From: a virus
Length of the DNA stretch: 64,000 nt
Direction: 5' to 3' (one strand)
Virus record (IMG/VR): IMGVR_UViG_3300044568_003939
Shown: piece by piece, positions 19,613 to 29,289 of the stretch
Layout of the letters: every line of letters begins with the position of its first letter
How positions within the stretch are numbered: position 1 is the first letter of the stretch
Position numbers and translations under genes: made by a program
The notes under the pieces: generated by a model
What the model saw: only the letters and a program-made list of their open reading frames with translations
What the model was told of the DNA's origin: nothing
Databases searched by the model: none

Positions 19613-21166
19613 ATGAATTCTGGACTTAACTATAATGGCAACCCACACGTGAAGGGCGATGGTGTGCAGCAAAACTTTACCGCTCATGAGATAGTTGAAT
19701 ATCAGCGCTGCATGGCAGATGTTGGTTATTTTTGTGAGCAGTATGTAAAGGTTATTCACTTGGATCATGGGCTTGTTCCTTTTAAGCTGCGTGGTTATCA
19801 AGAAAATATGGTAAAACATTTTAGTGATAACCGTTTCAATATAGTATTAGCATGTCGTCAAAGTGGTAAAAGTATAACAAGTGTGGCATGGCTCCTTCAC
19901 TATGTCATCTTTAATCCTGACAAGACTATTGGTATACTTGCCAACAAAGGTGCAACTGCACGTGAGATGTTGAGCCGCCTTACACTAATGTTGGAGAACC
20001 TGCCATTCTTCCTGCAGCCTGGGTGTAAGGTATTGAACAAAGGTAGTATCAAGTTTAGCAACAACAGCCAAATTATTGCAGCGGCAACTAGCGGTAGTAG
20101 CATTCGAGGCTTGAGTATGAATTGTGTGACAGGTGATACCAAAATTTGCATATATGAAAATGATGCAATTTACTATGTTAAAATAGATGATTATATAAAT
20201 AAAAGTAAACTCATCGAGGAACATATGTATTATACGGTTTATAAAATCACTAATAAAATTAATGGCAAAATCTATGTAGGTTATCATTCTACGTGTAACA
20301 TAGATGATGGATATATGGGATCGGGTAAACTGATAAGAAGAGCTGTTGAGAAGTATGGGGTTGACCAATTTAATAAAGAAATCTTAGCTGTATACAATAC
20401 CAAAGAAGAAGCTGAGGCTGAAGAAAAAAGAATTGTTGATCGTGACTTTACTTTAAGAGAAGACACTTATAATCTATCAGTTGGAGGTAACGTTTGTGTA
20501 CTGCATGGTGAAAATAATGGATTTTACGGAAAGACGCATAGTAAAGAAACTCGTGAAAAATTAAGTAAACAAAAAACCGGACTGCCTACTGGAAATGGTT
20601 ATAAAATAGCACACACTGATGGAAGAATATTCCATACCGTAGAGGATGCAATAAATGAATTGGGTTATCTTAAAGATTGCAATGCCCACGCTGCGCGAGT
20701 AAAAGTAATTTATGAATGCGGCAATCCTAATGGTAATATACAGTATGAATTGCCTGGTATTCAATCCGCAGCCGAAGAATTTTATCATAAAAGAAACCAA
20801 ATGATAGAAGCTTTACCTGAAACGAGAAAATCTAATGGCCGGATTGTATCGCAAAAATTAAAAGGTATGCCAAAGCCAGATGGGTTTGGCGAAAAGATTA
20901 GCAAGGCATTGACTGGTATGAAAAAGAGCGCAGACCACGTTTCAAAAATAAATCATAATCCAGAAAAGATACGTAAGACTGCTGAAAAACACAGAGGTAT
21001 GAAACGTAGCGCAGAATCTAAAGATAAAATGTCACTTGCTAAAAAGGGAATGATTGCTAAGAATAAAGGTAAGAAATACTTCACCGATCCATCAGATGCA
21101 TCCAAAAGAGGATATTACTTTCCGCATGAAGCGCCAACTGGATGGGTTAACACAACTAAGAAATGA
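19613..21166 (+). CDS. gp17: terminase large subunit N-extein + split-intein N-fragment + in-frame GIY-YIG/NUMOD3 homing endonuclease
   Basis: Walker A ACRQSGKS, SSIRGLSMN|CVTGDT (intein block A at 20123), then VYKITNKINGKIYVG...YMGSG and NUMOD3-like HSKETREKLS / RSAESKDKMS motifs. Confidence 0.9.
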   Translation: MNSGLNYNGNPHVKGDGVQQNFTAHEIVEYQRCMADVGYFCEQYVKVIHLDHGLVPFKLRGYQENMVKHFSDNRFNIVLACRQSGKSITSVAWLLHYVIFNPDKTIGILANKGATAREMLSRLTLMLENLPFFLQPGCKVLNKGSIKFSNNSQIIAAATSGSSIRGLSMNCVTGDTKICIYENDAIYYVKIDDYINKSKLIEEHMYYTVYKITNKINGKIYVGYHSTCNIDDGYMGSGKLIRRAVEKYGVDQFNKEILAVYNTKEEAEAEEKRIVDRDFTLREDTYNLSVGGNVCVLHGENNGFYGKTHSKETREKLSKQKTGLPTGNGYKIAHTDGRIFHTVEDAINELGYLKDCNAHAARVKVIYECGNPNGNIQYELPGIQSAAEEFYHKRNQMIEALPETRKSNGRIVSQKLKGMPKPDGFGEKISKALTGMKKSADHVSKINHNPEKIRKTAEKHRGMKRSAESKDKMSLAKKGMIAKNKGKKYFTDPSDASKRGYYFPHEAPTGWVNTTKK

Positions 21167-21468
21167 TTGAGGTATTAACGCATAAAGGGTTTAAGCAATT
21201 TGATGGAATACTAAATAAGGGTGTTTCAGATAGTCTTCTATATATTACATGTACTGCTGATAAGAGTATCAAATGCACGCCTGATCATGAACTTTTAATG
21301 GATGATGGTGAAACATATATACCTGCAAGATTTTTACAAATTGGAGATGTACTTTACACAAATATCTGTATAGAAAGTATAAATGAAATTGCAAATGAAT
21401 CGGTTTATGATTTGCTAAATGTTAAAGATACTCATGCATATTATACAAATGGATTAATTAGTCATAAC
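20123..21468 (+). mobile_element. atypically split intein (IntN ~34 aa, IntC 102 aa) invaded by a GIY-YIG homing endonuclease
   Basis: Cys1 at 20123; block B CTPDH, block F VYDLLNV and block G SHN|C are all in the second ORF; joined exteins read GLSMN-CIFLDEFAF. Confidence 0.88.
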
Positions 21469-22551
21469 TGTATTTTTCTTGACGAATTTGCGTTCGTGCA
21501 AAATGCAAATGAGTTTTATACAAGTACCTATCCTGTTATTTCATCTGGTAAAGATACCAAGGTGATCATCACAAGTACACCTAATGGCGTAGGCAATATG
21601 TTTTATCGCTTGTGGGAAGGCGCGGTACAAAAGACAAGCGAATTTAAACCATTCACAATCAAATGGAGCGATGTTCCTGGGCGGGATGAAGCATGGAAAC
21701 GTCAAACAATTGCTAACAGCAGCGAATTGCAGTTTGCCCAAGAATTTGAAGTTAACTTTATTGGCAGCAGCGCTACTCTAATTAGCAGTGAAGCACTACT
21801 AGGTCTAAAAGGCGTTGAGCCAAGCAAGCGCCAATATGGCATACGCTATTATGATGATCCGGTTGAAGGGCATGAGTATATCATGACGGTTGATGTTTGC
21901 AAAGGGAGAGGGCAGGACTATAGTACATTTACAGTTTTCGATGTTAGCACCATGCCATTCAAGACGGTGTGTACTTATCGTGATAATCTAATTAGTCCAC
22001 TGATATATCCAGAATTGATAGTGCGTGCCGCCAAGCAATATAACAATGCAATGGTGGTTATTGAAAATAATGATGCTGGACAAGTTGTTTGTAATGCTGT
22101 ATACTATGAATATGAATATGATAATATGTTTGTATCAAGTGCGGTCAAAAGCAACGGCATTGGCGTGGTAATGACAAAAAGAGTTAAACGAATTGGCTGT
22201 AGTAATCTTAAAGACTTGATTGAAAGCGGTAAGCTGGAAGTATGTGATATAGACACCATTTCAGAACTTAGCAGCTTTGAGCCAAAGGGCGACAGCTATG
22301 CGGCGCGTGGAAGTACGCACGATGACTTGGTAATGAATCTTGTAATGTTTTCATGGTTTGTTAGCACTGATGCATTTGGCGGTATAAGTAATGTTGATCT
22401 TAAGCAACTCTTGTATAGCGAAAAGATACGAGAGATGGACGAAGACGTTCCACTGTTTGGAATCATAAACAACTATGTGTCAGATGCTCCAGAAAGCTCT
22501 CAATACTATGAAGAAGCCCTAGAGCAAAACCGAGAATGGAGCGGCTTATAA
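21163..22551 (+). CDS. gp17: split-intein C-fragment + terminase large subunit C-extein
   Basis: ATGA overlap with the upstream stop; ...GLISHN|CIFLDEFAFV (Walker B), ITSTPNG, VDVCKGRGQDYS, HDDLVM nuclease motifs. Confidence 0.92.
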   Translation: MIEVLTHKGFKQFDGILNKGVSDSLLYITCTADKSIKCTPDHELLMDDGETYIPARFLQIGDVLYTNICIESINEIANESVYDLLNVKDTHAYYTNGLISHNCIFLDEFAFVQNANEFYTSTYPVISSGKDTKVIITSTPNGVGNMFYRLWEGAVQKTSEFKPFTIKWSDVPGRDEAWKRQTIANSSELQFAQEFEVNFIGSSATLISSEALLGLKGVEPSKRQYGIRYYDDPVEGHEYIMTVDVCKGRGQDYSTFTVFDVSTMPFKTVCTYRDNLISPLIYPELIVRAAKQYNNAMVVIENNDAGQVVCNAVYYEYEYDNMFVSSAVKSNGIGVVMTKRVKRIGCSNLKDLIESGKLEVCDIDTISELSSFEPKGDSYAARGSTHDDLVMNLVMFSWFVSTDAFGGISNVDLKQLLYSEKIREMDEDVPLFGIINNYVSDAPESSQYYEEALEQNREWSGL

Positions 22552-22635
22552 AACAGTGTATTTTATAAATAGGATTATTGAAAGTCTTCTTATTATGACA
22601 ACTTATTATAACACAACAACTGAAAATAAAAAAAT

Positions 22636-24738
22636 ATGGCACTAACATCAGCCGGCGTCGAAATTAAAGAAATCGACCTAACAAACATCGTACCTTCACT
22701 TGCTACCAGCTTAGGTGGTTATGCAGGATCATTCAACTGGGGCCCTGCGGGTCAACTGGTTAACGTAAGCTCTGAAAAAGATCTTATTACACTATTTGGT
22801 GCGCCAAATAATACAAACACATTGCAAACAGCAAGCTTTTTCACAGCTGCCAGCTTTCTAAAATATGGCAACAGTCTTAAAGTTTCTCGTTCGGTTGAAA
22901 CAACCGATGTTAATGCAGCTTCACCATTTTTAACCACAGCAACTGGAGTAATTACTGTATTAAATTCGGCGCCTACTGCTGGAGGTACTCTTTATACCGT
23001 AGGCGACATTCTTACCATCACAGGTGGAACTACAGGAAATCTTGCAACTGTAACAGTCACAACTATTGGCGCTGGCGGGGCAGTCACTGGAGTATCACTT
23101 ATTTCAGGTGGTTCGGGTTATACCACTGGTGGTAGCAAACCTACAACTGTTGCATCTGGAACTGGAAGTGGTTGTACATTAAATATAACAACCATTGATG
23201 CTGGTTTTACTTATAGTGCATATAGCCCAGTGCTTATTAAAAACAAAGATGTGTTTGATGCTATTACAGGTACAAATACTCTTAAAAGTGCAATTGTTGC
23301 GCGCTATGCAGGATCATTGGGTAATACACTTAAAGTTGTGATTTGCCGCGCAAATGCATTGGCCGCGGGTGGAACTGGTATTACTGCACGTACTGATGCT
23401 AGCGTGTTTTCATATGTCCCAGGTACAAGTACATATGCTACAGCTGTTGCAACTGCAAATAGCACACCGAGCACATTAGCTACCAACTTGAGCAAAGTTG
23501 TTGATGAAATTCATGTTGCTGTTATTGATAGCGACGGTTCATTTACTGGTACGGCCGGCACAGTCCTTGAAAAATATGAAGGCCTTTCACTGTTCACCGA
23601 TGCAAAAACCGAAAACGGTGCAACCAATTATTATCGTGAGGTAATTAACCGTGCTTCAAATTACATCTATATCAATAAATTAAAAGACTCCCGTATTACA
23701 AGTGGTACTGCTGGCGTTGTTGAAGGTGAATTTGCAGTTACTGATGTTACAGCTTTAAGTGCAATTACAACTCCTCTTGGTGCTAAAGCAAGCACAGGTG
23801 GTGTAACCATTACATTAACTGGTGGTGCAAACGTTGCAATGACTCCTACTGGTATGTCTACTGCATACGACTTGTTTGCTGACTCACAAAGCGTTGACAT
23901 TGGTTTGCTGTTTGGTGAAGTTCACCAAACAACAGCTACTGCAGTTACTAATGATGCTAAACTTTCGGCTATTGTGAATGCTCGAAAAGATTGCGTTGGT
24001 TTCATAAGTGCTCCAATGTCCATCACTGGTCAATCTACTGATACTGGTCGCTTTGGCGAAATTACAACAAAGCTAGGTACAACTGGTTGCCCAGTTAGCA
24101 GTTACATAGTAATGGATTCTTCACCAGTTTACGTGTACAACAAGTATAATGACAATTATCTTTATATTCCTGCTTGCGGCCATGTTGCTGGCTTATGTGC
24201 AAATACTGACGCTGTTGCTGATGCATGGTTTAGCCCAGCTGGGTTTAACCGTGGTCAATTGCAAGATGTAGTTAAACTTGCATACAATCCAAATCAAGCT
24301 GACCGTGATGCTTTGTATACTCAAGGTGTTAATCCAATTAGCGCATTCCCAGGTCAAGGAGTTGTATTGTATGGAGATAAAACACGTTTGGCAAAACCAA
24401 GTGCATTTGATCGCATCAATGTTCGCCGCTTGTTCATTACACTTGAAAAGGCAATTGCTAACGCATCTAAATTTCAATTGTTTGAACAAAACGATGAATT
24501 TACACGTGCAGCATTTAAGAATATTGTTGAGCCATATCTGCGTGATGTTCAAGGTCGTCGTGGTATCACTGACTTCCGCGTTGTTTGTGATGCTACAAAC
24601 AACACTGGGCAAGTAATTGATAGCAATAGTTTTGTTGCTGACATTTATATCAAACCAACTCGTTCAATCAACTTCATTACTCTCAACTTTATTGCTACTC
24701 GCACAGGTGTTGAGTTTAAAACAATTGTTGGTGCCTAA
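22636..24738 (+). CDS. gp18: tail sheath protein gp18
   Basis: S.GVEIKEIDLT, WGP, WFSPAGFNRG, FDRINVRRLF, IYIKPTRSINFI. Confidence 0.95.
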   Translation: MALTSAGVEIKEIDLTNIVPSLATSLGGYAGSFNWGPAGQLVNVSSEKDLITLFGAPNNTNTLQTASFFTAASFLKYGNSLKVSRSVETTDVNAASPFLTTATGVITVLNSAPTAGGTLYTVGDILTITGGTTGNLATVTVTTIGAGGAVTGVSLISGGSGYTTGGSKPTTVASGTGSGCTLNITTIDAGFTYSAYSPVLIKNKDVFDAITGTNTLKSAIVARYAGSLGNTLKVVICRANALAAGGTGITARTDASVFSYVPGTSTYATAVATANSTPSTLATNLSKVVDEIHVAVIDSDGSFTGTAGTVLEKYEGLSLFTDAKTENGATNYYREVINRASNYIYINKLKDSRITSGTAGVVEGEFAVTDVTALSAITTPLGAKASTGGVTITLTGGANVAMTPTGMSTAYDLFADSQSVDIGLLFGEVHQTTATAVTNDAKLSAIVNARKDCVGFISAPMSITGQSTDTGRFGEITTKLGTTGCPVSSYIVMDSSPVYVYNKYNDNYLYIPACGHVAGLCANTDAVADAWFSPAGFNRGQLQDVVKLAYNPNQADRDALYTQGVNPISAFPGQGVVLYGDKTRLAKPSAFDRINVRRLFITLEKAIANASKFQLFEQNDEFTRAAFKNIVEPYLRDVQGRRGITDFRVVCDATNNTGQVIDSNSFVADIYIKPTRSINFITLNFIATRTGVEFKTIVGA

Positions 24739-24777
24739 TATAAATAAACTTATAACAATTTAACATAGAAAAATAAT

Positions 24778-25314
24778 ATGGCTGGAATCGAAGATTTTAA
24801 ATCAAAACTAACAGGCGGTGGAGCTCGTCCAAACTTGTTTAGAGTAGTATTAGCATGGCCTGGTGCATCTAGTCTTGATCAAGAAAAAGCAAGCTTCTTG
24901 ATTAAAGGTGCGGGATTGCCTGCAAGTACAATTGGTACTGTTGAAGTACCATTCCGCGGTCGCAAATTAAAAATTGCAGGTGACCGTACATTTGAAACAT
25001 GGACCATTACTGTTATCAATGATAACAATATGACCATTCGTACTGCATTTGAAAATTGGATGAATCTCATCAATGCTCATAGCGAAAATGTATCGGCCTA
25101 CAGCGGCGGAAATTCATTAGGCTACATGGCACAAATGCAAGTTCAACAACTCGACCGCAGTGAAAACGTATTGAAAGAATACACATTCATTGGCGCATAT
25201 CCAATCAACATAAGTCAAATTGAGCTTAGTTATGATACAACGGATGCCATTGAAGAGTTCACTGTCGAAATGAATTATCACTACTGGACTGATATTGTAA
25301 ATAACATTATCTAA
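24778..25314 (+). CDS. gp19: tail tube protein gp19
   Basis: GGARPNLF, VPFRGR.LKIAGDRTF, IEEFTV. Confidence 0.95.
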   Translation: MAGIEDFKSKLTGGGARPNLFRVVLAWPGASSLDQEKASFLIKGAGLPASTIGTVEVPFRGRKLKIAGDRTFETWTITVINDNNMTIRTAFENWMNLINAHSENVSAYSGGNSLGYMAQMQVQQLDRSENVLKEYTFIGAYPINISQIELSYDTTDAIEEFTVEMNYHYWTDIVNNII

Positions 25315-25332
25315 ACCATAAAGTGTTTACCT

Positions 25333-25368
25333 GAGCAGGAGCATGTATATATGTGCTCCTGCTCTTAT
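25333..25368 (+). terminator. stem-loop after gp19
   Basis: gagcaggagcat...gtgctcctgctc followed by ttat. Confidence 0.6.
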
Positions 25369-25382
25369 TATATATAAACTAT

Positions 25383-26930
25383 ATGAAAATATTTGGATTT
25401 GAAATAACCAAGCGCTTAAGTAAAGATGCACCAGAAGATAAAGATTCTTTGCAAAGCTTTGCTTTACCGGTTGACAATGAAGGTGCAGCATATGTTAGTG
25501 CTGCAAACAGTGCTGCTGGTTATTACGGTCAGATTCTTGATATTGATGGTGGTAGTCTAAACAACGAAAAGGATCTTATCTTACGCTATCGTGCTAGTGC
25601 AGTTCAACCTGAATGCGATGCAGCCATCACGGAAATTGTAAATGGAGCAATTGTAAATGATAGTGACGGCGCACCGGTCAATTTGATTCTTGATAATGTT
25701 GAACTAGCTGATAATATTAAGAAAAAAATTCATGAAGAATTCTCTAATATTCTTCAACTATTAGATTTTACTTATACAGGCTTTGACCTGTTTCGCCGTT
25801 GGTATATTGATGGGCGTATATATTTTTACATGATTATGGATCCCAAAAAGCCTAAGGAAGGCATCAAAGAGATTCAACAAATTGATCCGCTAAAGATCAA
25901 AAAGATTAAAGAAGTTAGTACTCGTATTGATAAAGCTACCGGCATCAAGACGAGCGAAATCACTGATGAATACTTTTTGTATACTGATGATTTTAATAAC
26001 AATGCCGGCATGAACGGATTAAAGATTGATCCTAATGCTATTGTATATGTACCAAGTGGAGTATTGGATGAAAACGGAAAAGTTAGTATCAGTCACCTGC
26101 ACAAAGCCGTTAAACTAGTGAATCAACTGCGCATGATGGAAGATGCATTGGTCATCTATCGTATTGCGCGCGCACCTGAGCGCCGTATTTTCTATATTGA
26201 TATTGGTAACCTTCCAAAAGGTAAAGCCGAAGAATATGTACAAGGCATTATGGCCAAGTACCGCAACAAGCTGATGTATGACGCCAACACTGGTGAAATA
26301 CGTGATGATCGCAAGACCATGAGTATGCTTGAAGACTTTTGGCTCCCGCGTCGTGAAGGTGGCCGAGGTACCGAAATTACAACACTACCAGGTGGTGAAA
26401 ACCTTAGTCAAATTGAAGATGTTATCTACTTTAAGAAAAATCTTTACAAGTCACTAAATGTTCCATCAAGCCGTCTTGAGAGCGAAACCATGTTTAATGT
26501 TGGTCGCAGCACTGAGATTAACCGTGAAGAAGTTAAATTCCAAAAGTTTATCAACCGTCTTCGCCGCAAGTTTAGTACATTGTTTATTGACATGCTGCGC
26601 GTTCAATTGATTCTTAAAGGAATTATTACGCAGGATGATTGGAATCATATACGTCAAAACAGTAGCATTGACTATATTGAAGACAACTTCTTTAGCGAAC
26701 TCAAGGACTTTGAAATTATGAAAGAGCGCCTTGAAATGTTGGGAAGCATTGAAGGTCAGATTGGCAAATACTACAGTGAAAAGTGGGTACGCTCAAATAT
26801 TCTAAATCAGAGTGAAGATGAGGTTGAAAAGATGAATGAGCAAATTAAACTTGAAGCAGCTGAAGCAGAAGCTGGGGCTCCTGCAGATGGAGAAGGCGAT
26901 GGCCCTGATACTGCAGATTTTGGCGCTTAA
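25383..26930 (+). CDS. gp20: portal protein gp20
   Basis: FRRWYIDGR, NQLRMMEDALVIYR..RAPERRIFYID, EDFWLPRREGGRGTEI. Confidence 0.96.
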   Translation: MKIFGFEITKRLSKDAPEDKDSLQSFALPVDNEGAAYVSAANSAAGYYGQILDIDGGSLNNEKDLILRYRASAVQPECDAAITEIVNGAIVNDSDGAPVNLILDNVELADNIKKKIHEEFSNILQLLDFTYTGFDLFRRWYIDGRIYFYMIMDPKKPKEGIKEIQQIDPLKIKKIKEVSTRIDKATGIKTSEITDEYFLYTDDFNNNAGMNGLKIDPNAIVYVPSGVLDENGKVSISHLHKAVKLVNQLRMMEDALVIYRIARAPERRIFYIDIGNLPKGKAEEYVQGIMAKYRNKLMYDANTGEIRDDRKTMSMLEDFWLPRREGGRGTEITTLPGGENLSQIEDVIYFKKNLYKSLNVPSSRLESETMFNVGRSTEINREEVKFQKFINRLRRKFSTLFIDMLRVQLILKGIITQDDWNHIRQNSSIDYIEDNFFSELKDFEIMKERLEMLGSIEGQIGKYYSEKWVRSNILNQSEDEVEKMNEQIKLEAAEAEAGAPADGEGDGPDTADFGA

Positions 26931-26961
26931 TTAAACAAAGAAAAATATAAATAAATACCGT

Positions 26962-27435
26962 ATGAGTAACATTAAAAATTTTATAAAAAGCATTGCATCT
27001 GGTAATACAGCTGCAAGTGCATCGTCGTTGCAGTCACTAATCATTGATAAAGTTAAGACTGTTCTTGACATCAAAAGAATTGAATTGAGTGCTAGCATTT
27101 ACGATCAACCAAAAATTACCGAAAGCATTGTATCCGAGGCCATGGTGAAAAACACAAAAAAGTTTGACTATGCGCATGGTTTAGCAATTGAACGTAAAGA
27201 CCCAAAATTCCGTGAAGCACAAGGCGAAATTTACCGCGCACTTGATGATGAAGACAAACGTGCGCTTTCACGCATTATTCAAATTGATACACGTGATGAC
27301 GACGGTAAGCAATTTGAAAAAGAAATTCGCATGCTATACACAAAGCTGATGAAAAAGTTTAAGAATGTTAGCGTATCTGATGGAGGTAATCCAAAGGTCT
27401 ATGATGCACTAAACTATGTGCTTGATAAAATATAA
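26962..27435 (+). CDS. prohead core protein (gp67/gp68-like position)
   Basis: Lies between gp20 and gp21 with a late promoter; helical N-terminus resembles T4-like core proteins. Confidence 0.55.
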   Translation: MSNIKNFIKSIASGNTAASASSLQSLIIDKVKTVLDIKRIELSASIYDQPKITESIVSEAMVKNTKKFDYAHGLAIERKDPKFREAQGEIYRALDDEDKRALSRIIQIDTRDDDGKQFEKEIRMLYTKLMKKFKNVSVSDGGNPKVYDALNYVLDKI

Positions 27436-27461
27436 GTTTATATAAATAAACTATTATCAAT

Positions 27462-28106
27462 ATGAAGTTAATTACTGAACATTTAGAGGATTTAAATTAT
27501 CTAGTTGAGTCCGCTGCAGATGGCAGTAAGAACTATGTTATTGAAGGGATATTCATGCAGGCTGAGCAGCTTAATCGCAATCGCCGTGTATATCCAAAAA
27601 CAGTTTTAGAAGGAGCAGTTGCAAAGTATGTAACTGACTATGTTAATCGTGGACGAGCTGTTGGTGAATTGAATCACCCAGAAGGCCCTGCGATTAACCT
27701 CGATAAAGTTTCGCATCGCATTACCGCTCTCAAGTGGAATGGTAATGATGTTGTTGGAAAAGCACTCATCCTGAATACGCCAATGGGTAAAATTGTGAAA
27801 GGACTATTGGAAGGCGGATGTCAGTTGGGTGTTTCAAGCCGTGGTATGGGAACCGTTGCAAGCAAGAATGGTCAAACAGTTGTCAATGAAGACTTCGTGT
27901 TGTCCACAGTTGATATTGTGCAAGATCCAAGTGCTCCGTCCGCTTTTGTGAACGGCATTATGGAAGGCGTAGAATGGATCTGGGATAACGGACTACTTAA
28001 GCCGCAACAAATTGAAATGTATGAGACAGAAATTAAGAAGACCTCTTCTGCCAAATTGGCTGAAGCTCAGGAACGTATCTTCAAAGATTTCCTCTCCAAA
28101 CTCTAA
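27462..28106 (+). CDS. gp21: prohead protease gp21
   Basis: IEGIFMQ..NRNRRVYP, GELNHP, GVSSRGMG, DIVQDPSAP. Confidence 0.96.
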   Translation: MKLITEHLEDLNYLVESAADGSKNYVIEGIFMQAEQLNRNRRVYPKTVLEGAVAKYVTDYVNRGRAVGELNHPEGPAINLDKVSHRITALKWNGNDVVGKALILNTPMGKIVKGLLEGGCQLGVSSRGMGTVASKNGQTVVNEDFVLSTVDIVQDPSAPSAFVNGIMEGVEWIWDNGLLKPQQIEMYETEIKKTSSAKLAEAQERIFKDFLSKL

Positions 28107-28128
28107 ACAAAATAAAGTAATATAACTC

Positions 28129-29244
28129 ATGAAAACAAAACAAGAAACAATTGAAGATGATATCATTGAAGATATCAGCGAAGAAACATTACTTTCTCTT
28201 GACGAAACTTTAGAGGCGGACGCGGAATCAACTGAGATCGCTGAAGCTAAAGTTAAGGAAGAAGAAGAAGATGAAGATGATATGGAAGATGCTGATGAAA
28301 TGGAAGAAGCAATGGATAAAGTTGGTAAAGAAGATGACGACGTTGATAACGACGGTGATTCCGATGAGACTGACGAATATCTAAAGAATCGCCGCAAGAA
28401 AATTTCAGCAGCTATTGAAAAGCAAAATGAAGAAGTTGAACTTGAAGAAACTCCTGTTGTTAAAGAACAACTTGCAGTTGACTCAAGCGACATTACGCAA
28501 TTGGTTGAAAGCGAAGCTGGACTAACTGAAGAATTCAAAGAAAAAGCAACGCTTATTTTTGAAACTGCAGTTCGCTCTAAAGTTGCTGAAGCTGAAGCAA
28601 CACTTAAGGAAGAATATGCAACACGTTTGACAGAAGAAGTTGAAAGCATTCATGAAGACTTGGTCGAAAAGATCGACGGTTATTTAACGTATGCAGTTGA
28701 AAGCTGGGTAGCTGACAATAAAGTTGCAGTTGAAAGTACATTGCGTACTGAGATTGCAGAAAACTTTATCACTTCTCTTAAGAGCGTATTTGTTGAAAAC
28801 TATATTGACGTACCTGAAGGTAAGACAGATATGGTTGCTGAAATGGAAACCAAGTTGAGCGAAACTCAAGAGCAAGCTGCAAAGCTTGAGCGTATTGCTG
28901 AGAGCCTTGCTGAGAAAGTTGAAACACTGTCTCGCGCAAATGTTCTTGCCGAAACTACTCGTGACCTTGCTGATACTCAAGTTGCCAAATTGCAAGCATT
29001 ATCCGAAGATGTCGAATATGTTGATACAGATTCATTCCGTAAGAAAATTGAAACTCTCAAAGAGTTTTATATCAATAGCCGTCAAAACGTTGAAGAAGAA
29101 ACCATTGAAGAATCTTCATACATCAGTACAGAAACTATCATCGAAAACGAAACCTTTGGTGAAGAAGTTTCACCAAGTATGCAACAATATTTAACCGCAA
29201 TATCTCGCCTCAACAATGCGCAAACTGCAAACACTGTTAGCTGA
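28129..29244 (+). CDS. gp22: prohead scaffold gp22
   Basis: Acidic; LTEEFKEKA.LIFE.AV, DGYL.Y.VE.W. Confidence 0.92.
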   Translation: MKTKQETIEDDIIEDISEETLLSLDETLEADAESTEIAEAKVKEEEEDEDDMEDADEMEEAMDKVGKEDDDVDNDGDSDETDEYLKNRRKKISAAIEKQNEEVELEETPVVKEQLAVDSSDITQLVESEAGLTEEFKEKATLIFETAVRSKVAEAEATLKEEYATRLTEEVESIHEDLVEKIDGYLTYAVESWVADNKVAVESTLRTEIAENFITSLKSVFVENYIDVPEGKTDMVAEMETKLSETQEQAAKLERIAESLAEKVETLSRANVLAETTRDLADTQVAKLQALSEDVEYVDTDSFRKKIETLKEFYINSRQNVEEETIEESSYISTETIIENETFGEEVSPSMQQYLTAISRLNNAQTANTVS

Positions 29245-29289
29245 TACACGGTTCCCAAAAAACAAACAACAACCTAGAAAATAACTATT

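Noticed and set aside
20123-21468. Group I intron or programmed frameshift as the explanation for split gp17
   Set aside because: The interval is fully coding with no room for intron core elements; no canonical slippery heptamer at 21155-21166; the ATGA overlap and intein motifs fit trans-splicing better (an assembly indel cannot be excluded without reads)
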